This document shows positions 1-9,946 of a stretch of DNA of 64,000 nt, piece after piece (positions within the stretch are counted from its first letter, which is position 1; every line of letters begins with the position of its first letter). The position numbers were made by a program, and so were the translations under genes. The stretch covers positions 806,001 through 870,000 of the forward strand of contig MU056000.1 in assembly GCA_013239625.1 (NCBI GenBank), in the 5' to 3' direction. The DNA comes from Lama guanicoe. Its lineage: Eukaryota. The notes beneath the pieces were generated by a model. That model saw only the letters and a program-made list of their open reading frames with translations. It was not told where the DNA came from and did not search any database.

Positions 1-1339
1 CCTGGGTGGCAGCACGCCTGGCTGGGCCCTCCTGCCAGGAGGGGAAACGCTTGTCCTCATTTTAACACGCTGTTCCAGGTCCAGACCTGCCGTCTCTGCC
101 TCTGAGCCTCCGCCAGCAGCACTTGCAGGCGCAGCGAGCGGCTGGCTCCCGTTGCCGCCTCATGTTACGTCACGAAGGGGTGAACTTGACAGCACAGGGA
201 AGCCTGACGCTCTGACCAGGCCCCCACCCCCAGAAGCAGCTGGCCCGATGACGTCGAAGCTTCAGTGAGGGGGTCCGTCCTAACAGGGTGATCTCCACCA
301 CACTTTGAGAGTGCTTCCCAGCGGAACACAGGGCTGTGACCCCCAGGGCTGGAGGGTGGCTTGTGTGACTGTGCCTGCGAGCATTCCTGGCCTCCCTGCA
401 TGGCCCTCGTCTGCAGGACGCAGGGTCCCGCATGAACCCTGAGGGGCTGGTGCGCTTCGCTTTTGTGCAGAAGCTCCAGCACCCTCTCCATCCCTGTGTG
501 TGTGCCTGGCGGGGCCCCAGGACAGGGCTGTGCTGTCGGACCGGGGGCCGCCTGAGAAGAGGCGGGTGAGGAGGAACTGTTTGCTGACCCAAATCTTGGG
601 GCACAGAGCAGCCACCGCCCCGGCCCCACCACTGACGCCCGGAGGCTGCTCTCCAGTCCTCCGACGGGGAGTTGGGAATGACCAGACCCTGGCTTCGCTT
701 TAGCCTCTTCCTTCACTTAACAGGAGAACGATTCAACCAATACACAGGCAATGCCTGTTTACTATGTCAGGAAGAGCAAGTGCCTGTGAGCACGAAGGAA
801 GAGGTAAACAGCTCGGCTCGGGGCACACGCTCCGCTCCGGCCCGGCGGGGTCCGCGCACGCGCGCCCTTGACCGGCTTCCCAGAGCTGTCGCAGGAACAG
901 CGCCCCGAGTGCCACTCGATCCCGAAGCCGTGGCCGCGTACGCAGCTCGCCTCTCTTATCCGGTTTTGGGGATTGACATGTCAGCTCTTCCTCTTATGTC
1001 TATTTCTACACCCTTCGCTGATCTAAGAGGCGGGCCAAGTGCGAGACTGACGTTTCTCTCTGCTCCACAAAGCGCGTGTTTAAGGCGTGTGTGTGACACG
1101 GAGAAACTGCAGAAGCCAACGCTCCAGGTCAGCAAACAGCCGTACAAGGTTGAGTTCTGTAACACGCTGGCCACCATCCACGTGGTACGGAAACATCCAG
1201 ACCTTCCCTTTGGGATCCAGAAAGCCTTCTCTGCAGAATTCCGAGTGCTGTGTTTTCCCAACACGCTGGAAGAGCAGCAAGAGAAATCTCAGCCGGGCTG
1301 GCGCGCCTGCCGCGGCCCAAGTCAGGTCTGCTGTTTTTC

Positions 1340-1396
1340 TAATTAAAAAACCACACGTAACAAACACAGCCGCAAGCACATAAACTAGGTTTTATT
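1340..1396 (-). terminator. Polyadenylation signal AATAAA (1391-1396) with downstream GU/U-rich element
   Basis: Plus-strand tttatt at 1391-1396; the minus strand continues ...TGTGCTTGCGGCTGTGTTTGTTACGTGTGGTTTTTT, a typical CstF GU-rich element. Confidence 0.8.
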
Positions 1397-3206
1397 CGTT
1401 CCACTGAAAACCTGAAGTTGCCTGCGGGTGCCCGTCCCACCCGCCCTCGGACCCCGGCGGGACCCCCGCAGGCGGGCGGCCGCCCCCTCCTCACCCTCCG
1501 CGGATTCGACTCCCAGACTAAGTACACCCCCGCTCTGGCTGCCCGCAACTCAGTTCTGTGAAGGAGAATCAGGAGGAACAAACATCCATTCACGGTCTGT
1601 CTGTCAGAGACTTTTCCCTGAAAGCGCGCAGCGGCGCCTCATTCGAAAGCCCTTCATGCGCAGACGGGGGCCGAGGCCTCCCTCAGAACATCTCAGCTTG
1701 TTCACCTCCCTCATGCCACGTGCGGGGTTCTCTTCCAAAGCGAACCTTTACGCGCTCCACGACCACCAGGTCAGTCCTGTTCGCCACCAGGGCTGCGCTG
1801 GGGGTTCTGTGTCCGGCGGGCCCGACGCCCTGAACGATGCCAGGTGGCCCCACCCGGGGCGGGAGGGGCCTCGGCATGAACGGAAGCGGAGGCGCCTCCC
1901 TCTTGCCAAGCCTCTGTGCCTCAGGAAGTTAGCAGACATCTTCCCTGCGCTCCTGGTCCTGGCAGCCACTTTCCACAGAGAGGCCCCCAAGAAAAAATCC
2001 AATTTTCTCAGAAATTAAAATAAATTTCCCCACGAAGCCCAGAGGTTCTGCCTGAGGGGACAAAGGTGAGTGTGTGGTTGTGACTGTGCCTTGATGGCAG
2101 GTCTCTGACTGCGTCCCAAGGAAGGGAATCAAGGCGCCTTCGTAAGAGGGCAGGGAGCTTCCTCCCAAGCCCGAGGTGCTGCTGCCCCAGCGCCCTGCCC
2201 CCCGGCCGCCCACCGCCTGTCCCCACTGCGCCCACACCTTCCCCCACCAACGGCTCATGGTCTCAGAGCCACAGGGGGTGGGGGGGGCACACTCAGCCAT
2301 GGCCGGGCCTCCCGGAGCGTCACGGGCCCCCAGGGCTCCTGACCTGGGGACTCCCTTCCCGCTTCCACCTTCTGCCTGACTTATCTCACCAGCACCCAGC
2401 GCTCTGATTAGAGTTGACGCTACGGCGGAGTGGATTCTGCCATATTGCAACAGAAACCCCAAGTAGTAATAAAAACAGCGGCATCTGAAAAGGATCAAGG
2501 AGGCAGGAGAGCGGTTGGGGCCGGGCGCCCACGGCGCCCCAGCAGAAGCAGCGGCCTGGCCAGGGGAGGCCGGGGAGGCGCGCTCAGAGCCCCACGCAGC
2601 CTCAGGTTCTATCAAAAAAGGGCATATAAATAAATATCCTCTGACCCTCAAAGGAAAACGAAGTAGAAAAACAATGTTCTCTTTATAAAAAAAAGCTGAA
2701 TGTTTCCTGGAGTATCTAAATGAAGTTTATAAAATCCTCATGAGCTCCTGCAAATATAGAAATGTTTAAAAATCAGACGGCGGCTCTGCCCTGCCTCCTC
2801 GGCGGTTGGGACTCGCTGCTGGGATCAGACGCAGGGGACACGTCCCGTTTCTCAAGTGCGCATGCACGCACGGGGCCCAGCTGCCGAGAGTGGACCGGGC
2901 CCGGGGGCGGGGGGCGGCAGGTGGGAGAGGTGGATGGAAACTGAAACCCAGGATGCTGGAGGGTGGGGGGGGCACAAAGTGACACCGGGGGCCCGGCCTC
3001 GAGCACCTGCCGGAGGGAGAGCCCGGACACGCCCCCAGGATCCCCCGTGTGCAGGCCAGGCCACTCCCTCCAGTGCTCTGCACAGGGCCGCGCGCTGGCC
3101 CCGCCAGGTCCTCGGGCCTGAGGGTGGGGACAGCACGTGTGGGAGGGCGAAACCGGACGCTGTTGCCGCAGCAGCCGGGCGGCGGCGGTGGGGAGAACCT
3201 TCTGTC
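1375..3206 (-). other. LPCAT1: LPCAT1 3' UTR (~1.8 kb)
   Basis: Lies between the stop codon and the minus-strand AATAAA; contains AU-rich blocks (about 1990-2030, 2460-2490, 2610-2775). Confidence 0.75.
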
Positions 3207-3391
3207 CTAGTCCAGTTTCTTACACAAAGGCTCGGGCCCGATGCCCGAGTTTTCGGGGCTGAAGTCAGTGCAGAAGCCGTTGGCGGTCAGGGCTGGGGGG
3301 GTCTGTGCGCCGCTCTGGAAGCGCGTCTGGTCGGGGTACAGGTATTCCTCTGCAAAGTCGGGGTACGTTTCCGCAAACCTCTCGAAGTCGG
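3207..3391 (-). CDS. LPCAT1: LPCAT1 exon 14 coding part (DFERFAETYPDFAEEYLYPDQ...LCKKLD*)
   Basis: Acceptor TTTCCAG|CC; TAG stop at 3207-3209; C-terminal KKLD dilysine ER-retrieval motif. Confidence 0.96.
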
Positions 3392-4625
3392 CTGGAAAGA
3401 CAAAGGCACCTTGGTTATGGCCCACGGGGCGAAGGCCTGGAGTCTGGGGTCTTCCCGGGTGTCTCCCCACCCCCAGGGGCGGCAGGCCGTCTCTGCGGGT
3501 GTCGGAGGCCCGCACGCCACTTCGGTTTTCCTCTGTCGCACAGCAGCCGCTGTGAGAACCAGGGCACCTGCCGGGCCTTTTGGCTCTTCCCGCTTCGGGG
3601 AAACTGAAGGTTCGGGTCGGGTGCTTTCTGGGTGCTGGGCGTGGAAGGGGCCTCCGCCCAAGCGCTGGTTTAGACACGAGGAGAGGCATCCTCAGGTGGC
3701 CTGAATGCTCACCAGGCAGGCGCGTGGGTGGACGCGGCTGTGCTCTGGGGAGGCCAGGTGCATGGAGGGCCACCCTGCTGTCATGCAGCCTTTGCCCCTG
3801 TGTGTCTCCTGGTGGCCACGGGCCTGGTGTCAGGGTGGAGAGCGCCCCCCAAGGGCTTGGTGATGCTCAGAGGCCCAGGCGCAGGGCACAGTGGGCTCCA
3901 GGTGGCTGTAGGAGATGCGCCTGTGTTCCCTTGGGAAGCGGGACCAGTGTCCCCCGGGAATGGCTGCCGTTGGTCAGGGCTCACTGTGAGCGGCCGTACC
4001 TGGCTCCCTGGGAGGCCTGCCCCCCCATGATGCTGACACACACACATACACACACCCCCCTAAACCAACACTCGTGCCTGACATTTGGATGCAATTTAAA
4101 AGCACATCCAAACACGATGTGAACAGTGACCTTTCCTGAGCAAACGTCTCTTATTTCAGGGAGATTACGCGTTCATCTTCAGATGTGCACGCCGGCTGGC
4201 GTGCTGGGTGGGGCCGCCTTCTGGGGGTGCTGCTGCCCACCCCTCCCTGCCTCAGCCCCAGACAGGTCTCAGCCCTGGTCACCAAAGACCCCGGCTGCCC
4301 TGCTTTCTGTGGTGACAATTTCCAAAGCCATCAACCCACCCCCCAGGAGACGCCCCCAGGATCAGCCCCGCTGGGCTGGCATAGATTCCCTCCCCCACCG
4401 GGGAGCCTGACCCCGCCGACCGTGGCCCGGGGTCGGGATGCGTCTACGTGGGGGTTCTGGGCTCGGAACTTGCTTCCACTGATCACCTGCAGAAACAAGA
4501 CTGGGAGCCCCAGCCCCCTCCCCCTGCCCAGGCTTGGGAAGTGCCTTCCCTTGAATGTCCTCGTTCGGGACAATAGTGTTTCCCCCTCATGCACGGGGGC
4601 GTCCTCCCTGCTCCCGGCCACTCAC

Positions 4626-4764
4626 CAAATGTGATCTTCCCCGTCTCCTCTTGGTCGATGGCATGGAAAAGCTCGGCCACACTCAGCTCGGCCACCCCCA
4701 AGGCAGTCCTGAGGATGCACGACAGGGCGCCCTGGTCGATGCTGCCGTCCCGGGACCCGTACAT
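4626..4764 (-). CDS. LPCAT1: LPCAT1 exon 13 (MYGSRDGSIDQGALSCILRTALGVAELSVAELFHAIDQEETGKITF)
   Basis: Acceptor CTCACAG|ATG, donor TTG|GTGAGT; 139 nt; EF-hand loop DQEETGKITFAD. Confidence 0.95.
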
Positions 4765-4960
4765 CTGTGAGGCAGAGGCTGCGTCACCCCACGGCCCACT
4801 CTGTCCATCGCCCCCCAGCCCCAGGAGTCCGGGGCGCCCGCTGTCCCTCCGCACGGCCTTCCCAGCTCTCCGGTGGCGCTGAGCCCATGGGTCAGAGCAG
4901 CAGGACTCCGCTCCTTGATGGGGCCCCTGGGGCAGGGCGCAGTCGGCAGCTCTAGATTCC

Positions 4961-5395
4961 TGTCTTAAGTCTTATTCACTAAGAAAGGGTGCTGCACACA
5001 TCGTGGTGAGGAGCTCGGTCCACTCACAGACGTCCACCTGGGTGAACACCCTGCAGCCATGAGATGCAGTCACCCCTAAAACCGCTGGGTGAGGGGCCAG
5101 GCCACCCCCATGGGGTCCCCCGTTCAGGACCCAGATAACTGACTGCTTCAGCGACCCCCTTCTCCCTTCCCACCCCTTAATTCCTCCTCTTACGCTTTAC
5201 ATTCACCGATATCACCTATAAAGAGCAAACCTGCCACACCCTCGCCCCCCCCGTAAAGGCGGAGCCCCAGGCCCATACTCCCCGCACCACCCAGCTGTGA
5301 CCTCGCTGTGCCGTGTACCCTCCAGGACCTGTGAGTAACGAACCAGGTTTACAAGGTCCCCTGGAGGTTGCTGAGGGCATCCTTCAGTCATAACA
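4961..5395 (+). mobile_element. Possible ERV solo LTR remnant
   Basis: TG...CA bounded ~435 bp, TATA-like ctataaa at 5216-5222, degenerate poly(A) region ctgtgagtaacgaa; no clear TSD. Confidence 0.35.
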
Positions 5396-7962
5396 GGAAC
5401 CGCCGGGGCCGGTGCAGCCCCAGCACGGCCCCTTATGGGCTGAGACCAGCACACAAGCCCCTTATGTCCTGCTGCCCCAACTTCTGAACTTCCTCCTCCT
5501 CCTGTCCAGGTCTGCGGGCAGCGCCCTGCCACTTCCAAGCTTGATCGGGGCTGCAGGAGGTGGGGGGCTGGCCCCCACGCGCCCTGCTCCCCGTCTGCGG
5601 GCTTCCCTCCCAGGCTCCGTGGCTCCAACCTCCGCCTGCCTCCCATGGGTGCTGAGACCCAGGGACCCCCGATCAAGCTGCTCCTTCGACCCTGAGCCGT
5701 CTGGAGCATTCGTGCTGCCCTCCCATCTGGAGGTGGGCTCCGGGGTGGGGGTGCCTGTCCTCCCACCGGGCAGCGCCCTGAGCCCTGCCAGGCACACGTG
5801 GGCTCTCGGGGCCTTTTGCTCAATGGCACAAACTGGCCACCACCACTCGGCCTTCAGGAGGCACGGGCCTGCCGACCGCGCCCTTTCCAGTGGCTTCTGC
5901 TTAGCTGCCCGTGTTGGCAGTGGCCACCTACTTCCCGCTCCCTGCCTGCGTCTGTGTCACCAGGCCCTCCCTCGCGCCCCTGGCCTCAGGTCGCACCGTC
6001 TGTGGAGCTGGCAGCCCCGGGCCCTCTTCAGCCGCATTTCTCTCCTGTCTTTAGACTTGCTGAACACTGCATCTGGAGACTGAGCCCTCTGGGACGTTCC
6101 AGAGCCCCCGGTCACGCCCTTCCACTCAGCCTCCCCCGCCAGGCCTGCAGCCCAGCCCGGGCGCCTCCCCGACCTGTGCTGACGGGCAGGTGGCCCGCCA
6201 GGCGCCTGCCCTGGAGTCTGACGCTGTAACATTCAGAGGAAGAGGACTTCTATTTCTCCATCCAGAAGGTGATTCTGAAGTCTGTCTGGGCCACGTAAGG
6301 AGGGACTGGGCTGCTGACAGGGAGGCAGACGCTCAGGACCCATCACGCGCGGACGCCGCGGTTGTACGGGGCAGCGGCGGCGCGGGCACTGACAACACCA
6401 GCACTACTAGTCCCTCGAGCAGGAGCAACAGGAGGCAGAAACAAAGGCCCGGAAGTCTGCGAGCTCCTCGGGGATGCCCCGGGGCAGGCGCACATCTCAG
6501 GAGCTAAGCACCCCGCACGTGTGGCGTGTCCTCACTGCCAGCCCAGGAGGGGCTTTAACTGTGAAACGAGGAGGCCTCGGGCGCACGTCCTCTGCAGGGC
6601 GACACCGACGTCACCTCCCTCCCCCCACCAGGTCCCGGGGGCGCCCCGCCCCGATGTGCCCGGGGACTCGGTTGTCCGGGGCTGCAGGCAGGGACAGAAA
6701 GAGGCTCCTCACTGTGACGGGGAGGCCAGGAGCCCCTGAGACCTCAACCTCACGCCGGGCAGGGCGTCCACACGGCAGAACACGCTGCGTTGTGGGGGGC
6801 GCCCAGGTGCTTCCCCAGCTCAGCCGGGGCAGCGTGTGCTGGTAACCTCGGCGTGAGCCCCACAGGGAAGGTTGTTGAGGGGACGCGCTGGCCGCGCTCT
6901 CCGCCCCGTTGGGCGGGGCCGTCCTCCCCTGCAGCCCCCTCCGCCTGCCCTCAGGTGGGAGCTGGGCAGCGCCTCCTGAGAAAGGTCAGGCCCACAGTCG
7001 GTTGTTTACTGAGAAACAAGCCGCCAGCCACTGTCATTGAAGCAGATCCCACTGGTGACAACAGAAACACCGCCCGTGGGGCCACCAGATGGGGTGTGGC
7101 GTAGGCAAGCCCCCACGGGGTGATGAACCACTGGCAGCCTTGGGAGATCCCTGCCCAGCTGGAGGAAGGGGCCAGGCTTCCTCGGGCAGGGCACTACCAA
7201 GGATTGACCCACCCGGCTAATTCCCCTGGCATGACCCACAGAAGCCACCCTGCAGTGTGGGGGGTTCTCCTGGTGTGCCAGGGAGAGGGTCTGCTGGGTC
7301 AGGAGTGAGAGACGGGGGTTCTCCACGCAGTGAGTGACAGTCGCTTCCTGACTTACACATCAGGTTCTCATGAGTCAGGCTAATGTGAGTTGTACTTGGG
7401 AGACACATCCACAGTGAGACCCTGGCAGACTCGTGTCTCTTGGTGGACAAAGGCTGCCCAGTTCCATCTTAAGTCACTGACCTGGCAAGCCCAGCCTTCA
7501 GGGCAGCCAGGTGAATCTGCAGGTGGGCTGGGACCCCGTCACGGGCCTTCCGGCTCCCAGACTCTCTGCGCCCATGGTGAAGGGCCTGGCTCGGCTCCGC
7601 TGGGGCAGGCAGCACCTTAACTCCCTAAGCCCTGCTTTCCTCCATCAATGGCTAACGGGGAGGCTATGTTGGAAGAGCTGATAGATGCGGGACCGCACAC
7701 GGTGGTGTGTGGTACCCACCAGTCCCGCTCAGACGCCCTGGACTCAGGAAGACCCTCCTCCAAGCCCTCCTTCCAAGCATGGACCACTGATTCCAGGAAG
7801 AGATTGCCTAGAGGTTCGCGGGCACTTTCACAAACATCGGTCCGTAGATGCTTCCGTGAAAACAGCAGTGGGGCAAATAACCCATGTGCCAGTGTCACAG
7901 GGACTACAGACGCACCACAAGCCCGTCCCTGCACATGCAACTCATGTCAGCGCCGCACTTGC

Positions 7963-8061
7963 CTGGAATGCCAGCCGGACGGTGTCCAGGGTCTGGGACG
8001 GCCGGCACACGACGGACAAGGCGACCACGTACTCCCGCAGGTCTATCTCGCCGCCTCCGCC
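7963..8061 (-). CDS. LPCAT1: LPCAT1 exon 12 (GGGGEIDLREYVVALSVVCRPSQTLDTVRLAFQ; EF-hand loop)
   Basis: Acceptor CCGCAG|GGC; non-canonical donor CAG|GCAAGT; 99 nt, phase 0 to 0; translated manually. Confidence 0.93.
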
Positions 8062-9047
8062 CTGCGGAGAGACACCGTCAGGCGCCAGCCCCGCCACCCG
8101 CGCGGGCACGGGCAGCTGGGCTCAGCGCCATCGCTGGCTGTTAGCTAAGAGGTTAGGGCCACTCTGACTTGGGGGCATTTGCCAACAAATGAGTGAAGAG
8201 TGTTTTGGAAGAATGTTCACAACCAACTGTTTCTCCAAGGTGGCTGAAGCTTCCTGCACAGTCTGCAAACTCTTGGGGGGTCTCCTGTGCCAGCGGCCAC
8301 CCCATCCGCCTCAGTTCTACCACAGGCCACTGCGGCTGCTCCTGTGGTCCCACGGCACACGCTGTGTTGTCACTCTGAACACACAACACTGTCGCCTGGG
8401 ACACGCTGTGCTGTTAACGTGGGACAGTCACGGCCGGAGGAGCCCGCCACACCCCCTGCCGCGGGTCGGCTCCTGCAGGGCTCAGCATGCGTGTCTGTGC
8501 GGTGACGCGTGTGCGGGAGTCGTGGTCCTGACAGGCTGGCCCCGTGTCTGCCCGCTCCTCCCGGGGCCCTGAGGGCCGAGGGGCTGTGAACGCTGCCTCC
8601 TTGCTCAGCCAGAGTGTGTCTCCCTGCCGAAGTGAGGGTGCAGGAGGGCCTGAGGGCTGTGCCAGGGAGAAGCCCACGCACCAGACAAGAGGCTGAGGGG
8701 ACCCCTGGCCATTCAGGAGAGGAGGCCGCTGTTCAGAAATTCTGCAGACTGGCCACACAGGGTTGGCAGAGGCCTCTGGGGCAGGGGCCGCGGGCCAGGC
8801 CAGCGTGGCTGTGCGATGTCACAGGCCTTTAGCCACCGTCTTTAAAAAACCCAAACTACAAGCATGTTTATCAGCAAACGTTGGTTTAAAAGCCAAAATT
8901 CTATGTGCATTTAAAAGCATGGAGGAAACACCCCAAAGACAGGGTGGCTGGGGGGCGGCGGGGGGGGTCATCCCCCTCCGCTTCTGGGGTCGCCTGCAGC
9001 ATGCACCCGTCCTGGGGCACACAGCTGCCCCCAGCCCAGGGCCCCAC

Positions 9048-9201
9048 CTCGTCAAACAGGGAGAACAGGTCCTCCAGCGCCTCCGACACGGGGACCCCCA
9101 GCTGCGCGGCGAACTCGGGGAGCGTCACCCTCCCGCCCGGCTTCGCCCCAGCACGTTCCGCGTGTCTGTCCAGAGCTCGGTCCAGTCTTTCTGGCTTTAG
9201 C
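9048..9201 (-). CDS. LPCAT1: LPCAT1 exon 11 (LKPERLDRALDRHAERAGAKPGGRVTLPEFAAQLGVPVSEALEDLFSLFDE)
   Basis: Acceptor TTCAG|G, donor GAG|GTGGGG; 154 nt. Confidence 0.95.
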
Positions 9202-9820
9202 CTGAACAGAAAACAAGGGACGGATTTAAAGAATGCTAAATGAGGGAGACGTACCGCTAAGTTTGAAGAGCCACAAGATACTAAAGTTAGAGACCGACGG
9301 CAGCCAGCCTTCAAGACGACGGCTGGCCTGGGCACGGCATGTCCGGTGTGTCCGGCGTGAGCGTCTGCACACGCACCGACACGCAGGTGTGTGGGCCCCA
9401 CCCTCTGGCAGGTCCGCCTGTGAACCCGGACGGTCCTGGCGGGGCGGGGGTTCAGGCATCCAAAAAGAGACGGCGGTGCCGACCATTAGGGGTTCAAGAC
9501 GCTTACTTCTGCGTCGAATGAAGTTGGTGTTTGAAAAAAGAGAAACCCCAAACCTCAGAATAAGCACCACTAAGTACCTCCCCATCGCCTGCTGCCTGTG
9601 TCTCCAGCTCGGTCCCCAAGTGCCCGGCGGGGACCCTGCGGGGGCCTGACGAAGCTTCTGGGCTGGCGAGAGGCCTCTCAGTGGCACTTTCAGACTGTCC
9701 CCTATGCTGAACAATCTTGCTTTTTTGTCGCAAGTGCCCACAGCCCCACACCTGGCACCGCCTTCCAGGGCCCACCATTCCCCCTGAAGCCCTCAGGAGG
9801 AAGGATAACCGGGAACTCAC

Positions 9821-9946
9821 CCCAGGCCCCTCACCAGTCTGGCAAACTCTAGAAGGCAGGTGTCCTCGGGCAGGCGGAGCTGGCCTTCCGCTAGGGCCAG
9901 CTGGCAGTCTTCAAACGTGTAGTCAGTTACGGACACGCCCAGGGCC
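9821..9946 (-). CDS. LPCAT1: LPCAT1 exon 10 (ALGVSVTDYTFEDCQLALAEGQLRLPEDTCLLEFARLVRGLG)
   Basis: Acceptor TTGCAG|G, donor GG|GTGAGT; 126 nt. Confidence 0.96.

Noticed and set aside
672-1346. 224-aa plus-strand ORF downstream of the LPCAT1 poly(A) site
   Set aside because: No recognisable homology (not an SLC6-family exon) and no splice support.
7217-7420. Possible LTR fragment in intron 12
   Set aside because: No termini, TSD or family motif I could confirm.
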